Below are positions 38,946 through 48,235 of a DNA stretch of 64,000 nt, one piece after another (position 1 is the stretch's first letter; every line of letters begins with the position of its first letter). The translations under genes were made by a program, and so were the position numbers. The notes under the pieces were generated by a model, which saw nothing but the letters and a program-made list of their open reading frames with translations, made no database searches and had not been told where the DNA came from. This DNA comes from Bacilli bacterium (GTDB lineage Bacteria; Bacillota_I; Bacilli_A; RF39; UBA660): contig JAFUTR010000010.1 of the NCBI GenBank assembly GCA_017477845.1, positions 11,282 to 75,281 of the forward strand, given 5' to 3'.

Positions 38946-39098
38946 ATTTACTCCTTCCTATTATTAGATTATTTTATAATATAATAATACCATTAAATAG
39001 GCATTTTATACAATAAAATATTTGTGAATTTTTATATCGTATAAAATAATATTTTATACTCTTTAAAAGTTAAAAATATTCATAAAAAAAGAGTATTT

Positions 39099-40388
39099 CT
39101 ACTCTTTTGGATACGCGACTACAAATGAATAATTATCTTTTGATTCATTTATTATTTCTTTTCTTACTTTAATTAAATCATCCATTGTGATACTTCTTAT
39201 AATCTCAATACGATTTAATATCATTTCATTTTTCTCAATTAAATCATCAACTATCTTGTCCATTATCTTAAATGGAGAGTCAGAGTCAATTATCTCATTA
39301 GAAATCATTACTCTTTTTCCTCTTTCTAAGTCATCGGGAGTTATTTCACCATTTAAGAATAAGTTTACTATTTCATCTTTTAATTCATCGACTTTTTTAG
39401 TTTCTGCAATAAATTCTGTTAAGAAAATGTTATCAACACTTCCACATGATGTGAAAAATAGTGAATACATATCATTTGCTTGCATTCTTTCTCTAAAATA
39501 TGATGATGATCCAAATAAAGAAAATAATAATATATCTGTTGTGGTTTTAAACTTATAAATATCTTGAGCTTTAGTCTCTTTTAATTCTTTTTTAAAAGTT
39601 AAGATAAACTTAGGTAAGAATAAGTTTTTAATTTTTATTCTTTTTTCTTTTCTATTTACTCTAATTGGCTCTTTTACTCTAAATGTTTTAATTGAACCTA
39701 TTTTTTTTCTATCTTTTAATTTTTTATTATTCTTTATTATATTCATTACGGTATCAATATTGAAGTTTCCTGCAATTGTTATTAACATGTTATCTGGTTG
39801 ATAGAACGTATTGTAGCACTCATATAACACTTCTTTTGTTATTTTACTGACACTTTTAGGAGTTCCTCCAATATCTCTTCTCATAGGATGTTTAACAAAA
39901 ACTGATTTGTTATTATTATCGAATAGTCTATTTTCAGGCTCATCTAAATACATATTTAACTCTTCAATAATAATTCCTTTTTCTTTTTCGACATTTTTAT
40001 CTGTAAAATATGGACTGTTAACATAGTTTATTAAAAATTCGAGATTTTCTTCAATATTTGTTGTTCCTTCAACTATGTAACTTGTTAATTTATATCCAGT
40101 TGATGCATTTGCATCTGTTCCAGTTTTGGAATAAAAAGCGAATGGATCAAGTCCATCTTCTTGTTCAAACATTTTGTGTTCTAAAAAGTGTGCTACTCCA
40201 TAAGGTGCTTTTATTCTTTTTTTAGTAGTACTTGAAATAAATTCATCTATTTCAGATCCATATCTTGTTATATATTGAAGAGCATAATTTGTTCTTTTTT
40301 CAAATGGTAACAATATTACTTTTAGTCCATTATCTAAATCTTCTTCATAAATTTTTATATTTAAATCTTTTAGTTCTCTTGTTATCAC
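39099..40388 (-). CDS. M16-family zinc peptidase (active; HxxEH motif HFLEH)
   Basis: GVAHFLEHKMFEQ is the inverted zincin motif. It is 429 aa. Confidence 0.75.
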   Translation of the reverse strand: MITRELKDLNIKIYEEDLDNGLKVILLPFEKRTNYALQYITRYGSEIDEFISSTTKKRIKAPYGVAHFLEHKMFEQEDGLDPFAFYSKTGTDANASTGYKLTSYIVEGTTNIEENLEFLINYVNSPYFTDKNVEKEKGIIIEELNMYLDEPENRLFDNNNKSVFVKHPMRRDIGGTPKSVSKITKEVLYECYNTFYQPDNMLITIAGNFNIDTVMNIIKNNKKLKDRKKIGSIKTFRVKEPIRVNRKEKRIKIKNLFLPKFILTFKKELKETKAQDIYKFKTTTDILLFSLFGSSSYFRERMQANDMYSLFFTSCGSVDNIFLTEFIAETKKVDELKDEIVNLFLNGEITPDDLERGKRVMISNEIIDSDSPFKIMDKIVDDLIEKNEMILNRIEIIRSITMDDLIKVRKEIINESKDNYSFVVAYPKE

Positions 40389-41647
40389 AATTTATCACCA
40401 CCTAGAAGAAATATTGTATCTATATATACTTTATTTGCTAGCTCTACTATTTGTTTTTTAGTTACTTTTAGTATGTTTTCTTTTCTTTTTTCAATACTTT
40501 CAGTTTTTAACAAATCCATTGCATAGTATGATGCGATTATCTGGTTTTCACTGTCATTTATTGCATCCAGCGCTGATATATAGTACTTTTTAGCTTTTTC
40601 TATTTCTTCTTCCTCAAATAGACCTTTTCTAATATCTTCCATTTCTTTCTTTATTAAAAAAAGCATTTTTGAGTAGTTTTCTTTTGAAAAACCTGAAGAT
40701 ATTATTAATAAGTTATCAAGTTTATTAGCTCCACTTGATATGTAATAACAAAGTGAATATTTTTCTCTTATATTTTTAAAAAATTTAGAGTCTGCTGTTC
40801 CACCAAGTATAAAATTATAAATATTTATTACATAGTTTTTTTCAAATTTATTCATATCTTCAATTCGACAAGCGATAGATAGTTTTGATTGATTTGTATA
40901 ATCATCTTCAATTACTTCTTGAACTACCTCTCTATGTTTTTTAGAGATTAAAGATGGCTCTATTATTACTCTTTTATTTCCTTTAAATTTAAAATTCTTT
41001 TCAACTATTTTTTCTGTTTTTTCAAAATTAATATCTCCAATTATAAATATATCTATGTTATTACATTTTATAAATTCTTTATAATAATCATATAATTTTT
41101 CTCTATCTAATTTTTCTAAGTCTTCTAAATATCCTTTTAAATTATATGAACATGGGGAGTCTTTATCTAGTAACTCATACATTTTCATAAGTGAGTATTT
41201 TCTTGAATCTTCTCTAAATCTTTCAATTTGAGCTTTTTCTTCATTTGTTACAACATTATAACTATCCTTATCGAATTTGTTATCACTTACATTTGGATTA
41301 AAGATGACTTCGCTTAAAAAGGAAAGTGCGTCATCAAGAAGATTACATGATACGTATTTGTCATCTAATATTCTCATGTTAAAATCTACATTTAATAAAT
41401 TTCCAATTCGATATGTATTTGTAAAAAGACGTGCTGAATAAAGATTTTCAAGTGCTCTTGTGTACATTAGTCTTTTAGGATATTTCTTTGATGTGTAAGT
41501 CATAATTGAAGATAAAACATTTGTCTTTGTTATGTCTTCTTTTGTAATCTTTTTTGAAAAAATAACTTCTATGTTTGTTGTTTTGAATCTATCTGTTTGT
41601 ATCATATGTAGATTATAAGTTTCTTTTTTTATTTTGGTGTATTCCAT
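40385..41647 (-). CDS. M16-family peptidase-like protein lacking HxxEH (probable non-catalytic partner)
   Basis: It has the same length and fold-type composition and overlaps the partner gene by 4 nt. No HxxEH motif is present. Confidence 0.55.
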   Translation of the reverse strand: MEYTKIKKETYNLHMIQTDRFKTTNIEVIFSKKITKEDITKTNVLSSIMTYTSKKYPKRLMYTRALENLYSARLFTNTYRIGNLLNVDFNMRILDDKYVSCNLLDDALSFLSEVIFNPNVSDNKFDKDSYNVVTNEEKAQIERFREDSRKYSLMKMYELLDKDSPCSYNLKGYLEDLEKLDREKLYDYYKEFIKCNNIDIFIIGDINFEKTEKIVEKNFKFKGNKRVIIEPSLISKKHREVVQEVIEDDYTNQSKLSIACRIEDMNKFEKNYVINIYNFILGGTADSKFFKNIREKYSLCYYISSGANKLDNLLIISSGFSKENYSKMLFLIKKEMEDIRKGLFEEEEIEKAKKYYISALDAINDSENQIIASYYAMDLLKTESIEKRKENILKVTKKQIVELANKVYIDTIFLLGGDKL

Positions 41648-41685
41648 ACGTCACCTCTTTTTTATTATGTTCTTTTTTAATATTT

Positions 41686-42396
41686 TTATAATTGTATTGC
41701 TGCTTCAAGTGCTATTTTCATCATATTTGTGAAGCTATTTTGACGTTCTGTACTTGTCGTTTTTTCGTGTGTTACTAAGTTATCTGATATTGTTACAATA
41801 GCAGATGCTTTTTTATTAAGAATCTTAGCATTATGGAAAAGTGCAAAAGTTTCCATTTCACATGCTAAACACTTGTATTTATCATATAATTCTCTAAAAT
41901 TATCATTTTCTTTGTAAAAAACATCACTGCTGTGAACAATTCCTTCTTTGATATTAATATTTAATTTTTCAGCAGATTCTTTTATCTTTTTATTTACTAA
42001 TTCGTTTGAATATAAAATATTGTTTTGTTCGTTTCCTTGAGTTTTTGCATAAGTTGATTCAGAGTATGCTCCATTAACTAATAATACATCATATAAATTT
42101 AGATTTTCTGTATATGCTCCTGCTGAACCTATTCTAATTATCGTATCAACATCATAAAATTTAAATAGTTCATATGAATATATTCCCATACTAGGCATTC
42201 CCATGCCTGAAGCGAATATGGTTACATCATGTCCTTTATATTTACCTGTATATCCATACATGTTTCTAACAGTATTGATAAGCTTATAATCATCTAAGAA
42301 GTTTTCTGCAATAAATTTTGCTCTTAGTGGATCTCCAGGCATTAATACTATCTTTTTTATATCTTCTTTCTTTGACTCTATATGTGGTGTTGCCAT
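41686..42396 (-). CDS. deoD: Purine nucleoside phosphorylase, DeoD type
   Basis: VLMPGDPLRAKFIAE…GMGMPSMGIYSYEL match PNP family I motifs. It is 236 aa. Confidence 0.8.
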   Translation of the reverse strand: MATPHIESKKEDIKKIVLMPGDPLRAKFIAENFLDDYKLINTVRNMYGYTGKYKGHDVTIFASGMGMPSMGIYSYELFKFYDVDTIIRIGSAGAYTENLNLYDVLLVNGAYSESTYAKTQGNEQNNILYSNELVNKKIKESAEKLNINIKEGIVHSSDVFYKENDNFRELYDKYKCLACEMETFALFHNAKILNKKASAIVTISDNLVTHEKTTSTERQNSFTNMMKIALEAAIQL

Positions 42397-42449
42397 AATT
42401 ACCTCCTTATTTTATAGCATAAAGGGGCTATTATAATAATAGTCCCTTT

Positions 42450-44765
42450 TTACATCATTTCTTCTTCATTTGGTGATTCCATTTTTACAAGAACTTCTCT
42501 TGGTTTGGATCCATTTTGAGGACCTATTATTCCTCTTTCTTCAAGTAAATCTATTATTCTAGCTGCTCTATTGTAACCTAATTTAAACTTTCTTTGTAAT
42601 AAAGATGCACTAGCTTTACCTGAAGTAATTACATATTCAACAATTTCATCATAAAGTGGATCTTCATATTCTTCTTCTTTAGTTTGAACTAATCCACCTG
42701 CATTTCCTTGTTCTTTTGCTGCTTCAAGGTTTGTAAATCTTTCATCAAATTCTACTTTTTGTTGTTCAACTGCGTAATTAACAAGTGCTTCAAGTTCTTC
42801 ATCTGAAACAAATGCTCCTTGGATTCTTTCTGGAGATGATTCTCCCATTGGTAAGAATAGCATATCTCCTTTTCCTAGTAATTTTTCTGCTCCTATTGTA
42901 TCTAGAATTGTACGTGAATCTATTCCACTTGATACTGCAAAAGATATACGTGATGGAATATTTGCTTTAACTACACCTGTTATTACATCAGTTGATGGTC
43001 TTTGTGTTGCAACGATTAAATGAATTCCAGCAGCACGTGCTTTCTGAGTTATTCTCATTATTGAATCCTCAACTTCTTTTCCTGCTACCATCATCAAATC
43101 TGCAAGTTCATCTACAATAACTACAATGTAAGGCATTTTTTGAATTTTATCTTCATCGTTTCTTACTTGATTTTCTTTTTCTACCCATTCATTGTATCCA
43201 GCTATATTTCTTACATTTTTGGCTTCTAGTTCGTCATATCTTCTTTCCATCTCATCTACCATTTTTTGAAGTGCAACATTTGCTTTCTTAGCATCAGTTA
43301 CAACTGGCATTAATAAGTGTGGAATTCCATTATACATTGATAATTCAACTTTTTTAGGGTCCACTAGAACTAGTTTTACTTCATCTGGTTTTGCTCTCAT
43401 CAATATTGATGCAATTATACAGTTTATACATACTGATTTTCCTGATCCAGTTGAACCTGCAACAAGTAAATGTGGGGTTTTGTCAATCTCAGCAAATTTT
43501 GCCTTACCCATAATGTTTTTACCAAGTGCTACTAAAAGTTTATTATTTACTTTATTTTGAGGTACTTGTTCTAGTATTTCTCTTAATGAAACAGGTGATA
43601 CTGCTTCGTTAGGTATTTCTACTCCAACTGTGCTTTTTCCAGGTATTGGAGCTTCAATTCTAACATCCTTTTTAGCAAGTGCTAGTGAAATTTCTTTATT
43701 AATACTTAAAAGTTTACTAAGTTTTGTACCAGTTTGTAGTTCCATTTCATATTGGGTTACAGCAGGTCCTGAGTTTACTTCAACTACTTTTCCAATTATT
43801 CCAAAGTCTCTTAATGTTTTTTCAAGTATTTGAATATTTCTCTCTATTAAACTTTGATTATTTTGATTTTTCTTTTTATCAATATTCTTTAACAAGTTTA
43901 AAGTTGGTAATTTATAATTTGAGGTTCTAGTTTTTGGTCTTTCTTTTTCTTCTTCTACATACTCATCAGTAAGTAAAGTTTCAATATTTTCTTCTTTAAC
44001 TTCTTTTTCCATTCTTTTTAACTCATCAATGCTTGATATTACTAATTTTGTATCTTCCTGTTCAGTTTCTTTTGGTGAATTATTGTCATTTATGATTACA
44101 ACTGAATCTTTGTTATCTTCCTCTTCATCATTTTCTTCAAGAGTGTTCTCTTCTTTCTTATCTTTTGTTTTAGTAATTAATGATTTTCCTTTTTCTGCTG
44201 CATTATCGAAGAATTCTCTTATTGAAAATCCTGTAAATAAAGCAACACCGGTTAATATTATTAATGCTGATACTATTTTAGTGCCAGTTACTGCAAAAAG
44301 TGTGTTAAATATTACTGCTAGAGTACAACCAATAATTCCTCCTCCAGGAGAAGTAAAGCTGCTTCCATTTTTTATTAGTTCAAAAGCTGAAGTAATATCT
44401 TTCATAGTTGCATCATATATAGAACTTACTCCACCTGTTGTGTTTACTAAATAATTCATATGAGAAAAAACTAATATTCCAATTGATACTAATAGAAGTC
44501 CCACAAATTTTGTTGACCAAAATGATGGGCTTTTACCTTTAAATAACATATATATTCCAACAAATAGAATTGTTGCTATAAAAAGCCAATCAAGAGAACC
44601 AAACAAAAACATTGCAAAACTTCTTGCCATTTTACCAATCCATCCAAGAGGTTTACCAGGTCCATATGCAAGAATAGACAAAATAATTAAAACTAAGCCA
44701 TAAATTTCTGGTCTTACTTCTAATTTAGTTTCTTTAGCTTTTTTTCTACTTTTTCTTTTTGCCAT
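42450..44765 (-). CDS. ftsK: DNA translocase FtsK/SpoIIIE
   Basis: It has N-terminal transmembrane helices, Walker A (GSTGSGKS), Walker B (VIVDELADLM) and a C-terminal winged-helix gamma domain. The start MAKRKS has a GGAG RBS. Confidence 0.9.
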   Translation of the reverse strand: MAKRKSRKKAKETKLEVRPEIYGLVLIILSILAYGPGKPLGWIGKMARSFAMFLFGSLDWLFIATILFVGIYMLFKGKSPSFWSTKFVGLLLVSIGILVFSHMNYLVNTTGGVSSIYDATMKDITSAFELIKNGSSFTSPGGGIIGCTLAVIFNTLFAVTGTKIVSALIILTGVALFTGFSIREFFDNAAEKGKSLITKTKDKKEENTLEENDEEEDNKDSVVIINDNNSPKETEQEDTKLVISSIDELKRMEKEVKEENIETLLTDEYVEEEKERPKTRTSNYKLPTLNLLKNIDKKKNQNNQSLIERNIQILEKTLRDFGIIGKVVEVNSGPAVTQYEMELQTGTKLSKLLSINKEISLALAKKDVRIEAPIPGKSTVGVEIPNEAVSPVSLREILEQVPQNKVNNKLLVALGKNIMGKAKFAEIDKTPHLLVAGSTGSGKSVCINCIIASILMRAKPDEVKLVLVDPKKVELSMYNGIPHLLMPVVTDAKKANVALQKMVDEMERRYDELEAKNVRNIAGYNEWVEKENQVRNDEDKIQKMPYIVVIVDELADLMMVAGKEVEDSIMRITQKARAAGIHLIVATQRPSTDVITGVVKANIPSRISFAVSSGIDSRTILDTIGAEKLLGKGDMLFLPMGESSPERIQGAFVSDEELEALVNYAVEQQKVEFDERFTNLEAAKEQGNAGGLVQTKEEEYEDPLYDEIVEYVITSGKASASLLQRKFKLGYNRAARIIDLLEERGIIGPQNGSKPREVLVKMESPNEEEMM

Positions 44766-44825
44766 TATATACACTCCAGTCTATGTATTAATTATAACAC
44801 ATTTTACTAATATTTCTATCAAAAA

Positions 44826-44852
44826 TAAGAAAAAAAGAAACCATTTGGTTCC
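44826..44852 (-). terminator. Rho-independent terminator after ftsZ
   Basis: A GGAACCA/TGGTTTC hairpin is followed by a T-run on the minus strand. Confidence 0.45.
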
Positions 44853-44854
44853 TT

Positions 44855-45985
44855 TTAGTAATTTGGTCTTAAGAATGGTGGAATATCATATTTACTATCA
44901 TCACCATCATCATCTGCTAATTTCTCTATTTTTTGAGGTTCTTGAACCACTTCTGTTCTTGTTCTTCTAACTGTTTGTTGTGGAATTTCAGCTTGTTTTT
45001 GTTGAATTGGAATTTGTTTATGTTGTGTTTCAGCTTTTTCTTTATTTTTATCAAATCCAGTTGCTATAACAGTTACTATTACTTCGTCAGTTAAGTTTTC
45101 ATTAATAACAGATCCAAAAATTGTATTGATATCTGTATTTGCTGCTGCCCTTACTACTTCTGCTGCTTGTTCAGCTTCAAATAATGTTAAGTTCATTCCT
45201 CCTGTGATATTTATTATTGCATCAGTTGCTCCTGATATTGATGTTTCAAGAAGTGGAGATGATACAGCTTGTTTTGCTGCTTCGATAGCTCTTTCTTCTC
45301 CCATACCAATACCGATACCGATAATTGCATTTCCTGACTTTTCCATTACTGCTTTAACATCAGCAAAATCAAGGTTTACAAGTCCTACTACTGCAATTAA
45401 GTCAGTTATTGATTGAACACCACGACGAAGTACATTATCTACTTCTTTAAATGCTTCAAGCATTGGAGTTGTCTTATCTATTATTTCTCTTAATCTATCA
45501 TTAGGTATCACTATTAATGTATCAACATGTTTTTTTAGTTCTTCAATAGATACTAAGGCATTTTCCATTCTTTTTCTTCCTTCAAATGTAAATGGTTTTG
45601 TTACTATTGCAACTGTTAGGGCACCTAATCCTTGTGCTATTTCAGCAACTATTGGAGCTGCTCCGCTTCCAGTTCCACCCCCCATTCCACAAGTGATGAA
45701 AACCATATCAGCACCTTTTAAAGCATCTTCAATTTCTTTCTTTGCTTCTAAGGCAGCTTCTTTTCCAATTTCTGGTTTTGCTCCTGCACCTAATCCTGTC
45801 TTACCAAGTTGAATTTTAACATCAGCTTTTGATGTATTTAAAACCTGCAAATCTGTATTTGCAGCTATAAATTCTACTCCTTTAACTCCTGTTTCAACCA
45901 TGCTATTTATGGCATTTCCACCACCGCCACCGATTCCGATTACTTTAATCTTAGCAAGTTGGTCCATTTCTAATCCACCAAACAT
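44855..45985 (-). CDS. ftsZ: Cell division GTPase FtsZ
   Basis: The tubulin signature is GGGTGSG. The RBS is AAGGAGGG. It follows ftsA. Confidence 0.95.
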   Translation of the reverse strand: MFGGLEMDQLAKIKVIGIGGGGGNAINSMVETGVKGVEFIAANTDLQVLNTSKADVKIQLGKTGLGAGAKPEIGKEAALEAKKEIEDALKGADMVFITCGMGGGTGSGAAPIVAEIAQGLGALTVAIVTKPFTFEGRKRMENALVSIEELKKHVDTLIVIPNDRLREIIDKTTPMLEAFKEVDNVLRRGVQSITDLIAVVGLVNLDFADVKAVMEKSGNAIIGIGIGMGEERAIEAAKQAVSSPLLETSISGATDAIINITGGMNLTLFEAEQAAEVVRAAANTDINTIFGSVINENLTDEVIVTVIATGFDKNKEKAETQHKQIPIQQKQAEIPQQTVRRTRTEVVQEPQKIEKLADDDGDDSKYDIPPFLRPNY

Positions 45986-47245
45986 TTAATTCCCTCCTTG
46001 ATTGTAAGTAAAATATCCAAAAATTTTACTTACAAATGTATCTTCTTTTAAATCTAACATGCTTTGTTTTCCTTGTTCAATTTCTTTTATTTTAGTTTCA
46101 TTTAATAGAGATATTCTTTTTTCTCTTAATTTCATTTTATCATGGAAATATTTAATAATACCCATCGCACTTGAATACTTATTGCTTCTTATTCCCATTG
46201 TAGTGATATTTAGAGTAGTTGTATTTATTCCTAAAATATTTTCAGCAACATAGCTAAATCCTACTAATTCCGTTATACCACCTGTTACAATTATATAACT
46301 AATTTTTCTATTTGTTAAGTCATTAATTTCTTTTTTGGCAAGTTTTAGTATTTCTATAATTCTTGCTTCAACTAGTTCAGTTATTTCATATTGATTAATA
46401 GATTTCTTTTCTGCTTCTTCATTTTCAAACTCTAATACTTCATTAATATCTGCATATCTTCTACTTGCAAGTGCAAATTTTTCTTTTAGTTCTCTTGATG
46501 TATTAGAATCCGTTTGATATACATATGTAATATCTTTATCAACATATCTACTCCCTAGATTTAATATATTATTTTTTATTAGTATACCTTTATTGAAAAT
46601 AGAAACATCTGTTTTGTCATGTCCAATGTTTATAATTGCACCTATTTCTTCATCTTTTGTTTTATCTTTGCACATGAAATAGTCCCCAATGCAATTAAAT
46701 GTTATATCAACAACTTCTATATTGGCATCACTAAATACTTTTAAATAGTCATATATTTGTTTTTTTGGAGCAGTTGCAAGAAGTGCTTTAACTCCTAAGT
46801 TTTCTACTGTCATTCCAATTGGATTTTTAGTAAATTTTTCTTCTCCAACATTAAACATAATTGGTATTATTGATACTAACTCTTCACTATCTTCAATTTG
46901 TCCTTCACATGAAGCTTGTAAAACTGATACAATATCTTTTCCATTTACTGCCCCATCTGTGAAAAGAGTCCCTGAAACGACTTTTATATTTCTATTATTT
47001 GATGGCACTGTAACGATTGCTTTATCTATTTTTGTACCTAGTATTTTTTCTATTTCTTCAACTGCTAAGTTCAAAGAACTTAATGCCATTTCATGATCTA
47101 CTACAAGGCCTTTTCTTATTCCTACAGATTTAACAGATGTTGATGCTAATACTTGAAATTTTTCTTTTATTAGCTCAGCAACTACAATTTTTATGTTATC
47201 ACTACCTAAATCTATACCAGTATAAATATTTCTCATATCTCGCAC
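45986..47245 (-). CDS. ftsA: Cell division protein FtsA (actin-like ATPase)
   Basis: The N-terminal actin-fold motif is GIDLGSDNIKIVVAE. It is 419 aa and sits upstream of ftsZ. Confidence 0.9.
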   Translation of the reverse strand: MRDMRNIYTGIDLGSDNIKIVVAELIKEKFQVLASTSVKSVGIRKGLVVDHEMALSSLNLAVEEIEKILGTKIDKAIVTVPSNNRNIKVVSGTLFTDGAVNGKDIVSVLQASCEGQIEDSEELVSIIPIMFNVGEEKFTKNPIGMTVENLGVKALLATAPKKQIYDYLKVFSDANIEVVDITFNCIGDYFMCKDKTKDEEIGAIINIGHDKTDVSIFNKGILIKNNILNLGSRYVDKDITYVYQTDSNTSRELKEKFALASRRYADINEVLEFENEEAEKKSINQYEITELVEARIIEILKLAKKEINDLTNRKISYIIVTGGITELVGFSYVAENILGINTTTLNITTMGIRSNKYSSAMGIIKYFHDKMKLREKRISLLNETKIKEIEQGKQSMLDLKEDTFVSKIFGYFTYNQGGN

Positions 47246-47289
47246 CTACTATCTATTTTTTATTATACTAGCATAAATTTAGAAAAACA

Positions 47290-47330
47290 AGAAAATAAGA
47301 AAAAAAAGAAAAAGAGATGTACTCTTTTTT
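47290..47330 (-). terminator. Rho-independent terminator closing the bacteriocin operon
   Basis: An AAAAAGAG-tacat-CTCTTTTT hairpin is followed by CTTTTTTTTC on the minus strand. Confidence 0.55.
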
Positions 47331-47331
47331 C

Positions 47332-47499
47332 TTAACAGACTACTATAGAATATAAACTTCTTAGGAATGTTCCAAGATAAATTCCAATATTAAATATTGA
47401 AACTATCATTATATTAAGTATATAGGCAGCAATTGGCGCTAGAAGTATTCCAATTATAATTTTTTTATAATTAGATAATTGTTTTATGGTATTTCGCAC
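47332..47499 (-). CDS. Small hydrophobic protein (putative bacteriocin immunity protein)
   Basis: The open frame gives VRNIKQLSNYKKIIIGILLAPIAAYILNIMIVSIFNIGIYLGTFLRSLYSIVVC* (2 predicted transmembrane helices). A GTG start at 47499 sits 9 nt after AGGA; an alternative ATG is at 47409. It lies immediately downstream of the two peptide genes. Confidence 0.35.
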   Translation of the reverse strand: MRNTIKQLSNYKKIIIGILLAPIAAYILNIMIVSIFNIGIYLGTFLRSLYSIVVC

Positions 47500-47657
47500 A
47501 AGCGTTTATCCTTTATTCTTCTTATTGATGAACCAAAACTTCTACCAATATCTACAAGTGTTTTGAGTCCTTGTGAGATAGCAGTTATTAATGTTCCAGT
47601 TATTGTATCTCCACCATCAAGATTTTTAAGTTCTTCTTTTGTTATTCTTTCCATCAT
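47484..47657 (-). CDS. Double-glycine-leader bacteriocin precursor, peptide B (57 aa)
   Basis: The product is MMERITKEELKNLDGG followed by DTITGTLITAISQGLKTLVDIGRSFGSSIRRIKDKRLCEIP. The leader follows the LS..EL..I.GG consensus. The mature part carries GxxxG-like motifs and is cationic. The start lies 1 nt after the stop of peptide A, suggesting translational coupling. Confidence 0.65.
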   Translation of the reverse strand: MMERITKEELKNLDGGDTITGTLITAISQGLKTLVDIGRSFGSSIRRIKDKRLCEIP

Positions 47658-47658
47658 A

Positions 47659-47799
47659 TTAATTACACTTTTGTGGTCTTACAAAACCATCAATTGCTCC
47701 AACTACAAATGTTACTCCAGCTACTATACCTAATGCTGCTAAAAAGCTTAATCCTCCACCATTTATTCTTTTTAAATCTTTATTTTCTAGTGTTTCCAT
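47659..47799 (-). CDS. Double-glycine-leader bacteriocin precursor, peptide A (46 aa)
   Basis: The RBS is AAGGGGGAATAAA before ATG. The product is METLENKDLKRINGG followed by GLSFLAALGIVAGVTFVVGAIDGFVRPQKCN. The leader ends in GG and the mature peptide has GxxxG motifs (GIVAG, GAIDG). It is below the ORF-track cutoff. Confidence 0.7.
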   Translation of the reverse strand: METLENKDLKRINGGGLSFLAALGIVAGVTFVVGAIDGFVRPQKCN

Positions 47800-47800
47800 T

Positions 47801-48235
47801 TTATTCCCCCTTAAATGTTTTTATTAAGTATTCAAAAATTGTAAATCTGTTTGTGATTATTCTACCTTCAATATAATTATTATCTATCATAAATTTATCT
47901 GCATTTCCCTTATCATTTTCTATTTTAATTTTTATTATTTTATAAAGACTATTTTCATTAATATAATCACTTATTTCATCTATTTTATAAGTAAATATGT
48001 TCCTTTCTATCATTATTTTATTATTAGCTGTAATTGTATTAATGTCATTTAGACTTGTTATAATTTCAAGTTTATTTTTGCTAATAGTTATGCCAACTTT
48101 ATAATAGTCTATTAATGAGTTATTAAGTAAAACAATCAGTAATATAATCCCTAATAAAATAGTTACTACTTTTATATAAATTTTTGTATTAACTTCTTTG
48201 TTCTTGAAATTTTCTTGAAATTCTTCTATTTTCAT
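47801..48235 (-). CDS. Single-pass membrane protein (short accessory or immunity-like component of the exporter locus)
   Basis: It is 144 aa with one transmembrane helix (IKVVTILLGIILLIVLL) and then a soluble domain. It is much shorter than HlyD/LcnD-type accessory proteins. It overlaps the 3' end of the ABC gene. Confidence 0.4.
   Translation of the reverse strand: MKIEEFQENFKNKEVNTKIYIKVVTILLGIILLIVLLNNSLIDYYKVGITISKNKLEIITSLNDINTITANNKIMIERNIFTYKIDEISDYINENSLYKIIKIKIENDKGNADKFMIDNNYIEGRIITNRFTIFEYLIKTFKGE

Noticed and set aside
39099-41647. The M16 peptidase pair as part of an accessory or novel system
   Set aside because: An active plus inactive M16 pair immediately downstream of ftsK mirrors the conserved ymfF-ymfH arrangement of Bacilli. 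It is ordinary core synteny.
47479-47876. Plus-strand ORFs 47479..47733 and 47673..47876 overlapping the bacteriocin locus
   Set aside because: They are antisense to two minus-strand genes that have a strong RBS, GG leaders, tight coupling and a terminator. The plus-strand frames have no RBS and no recognisable features.
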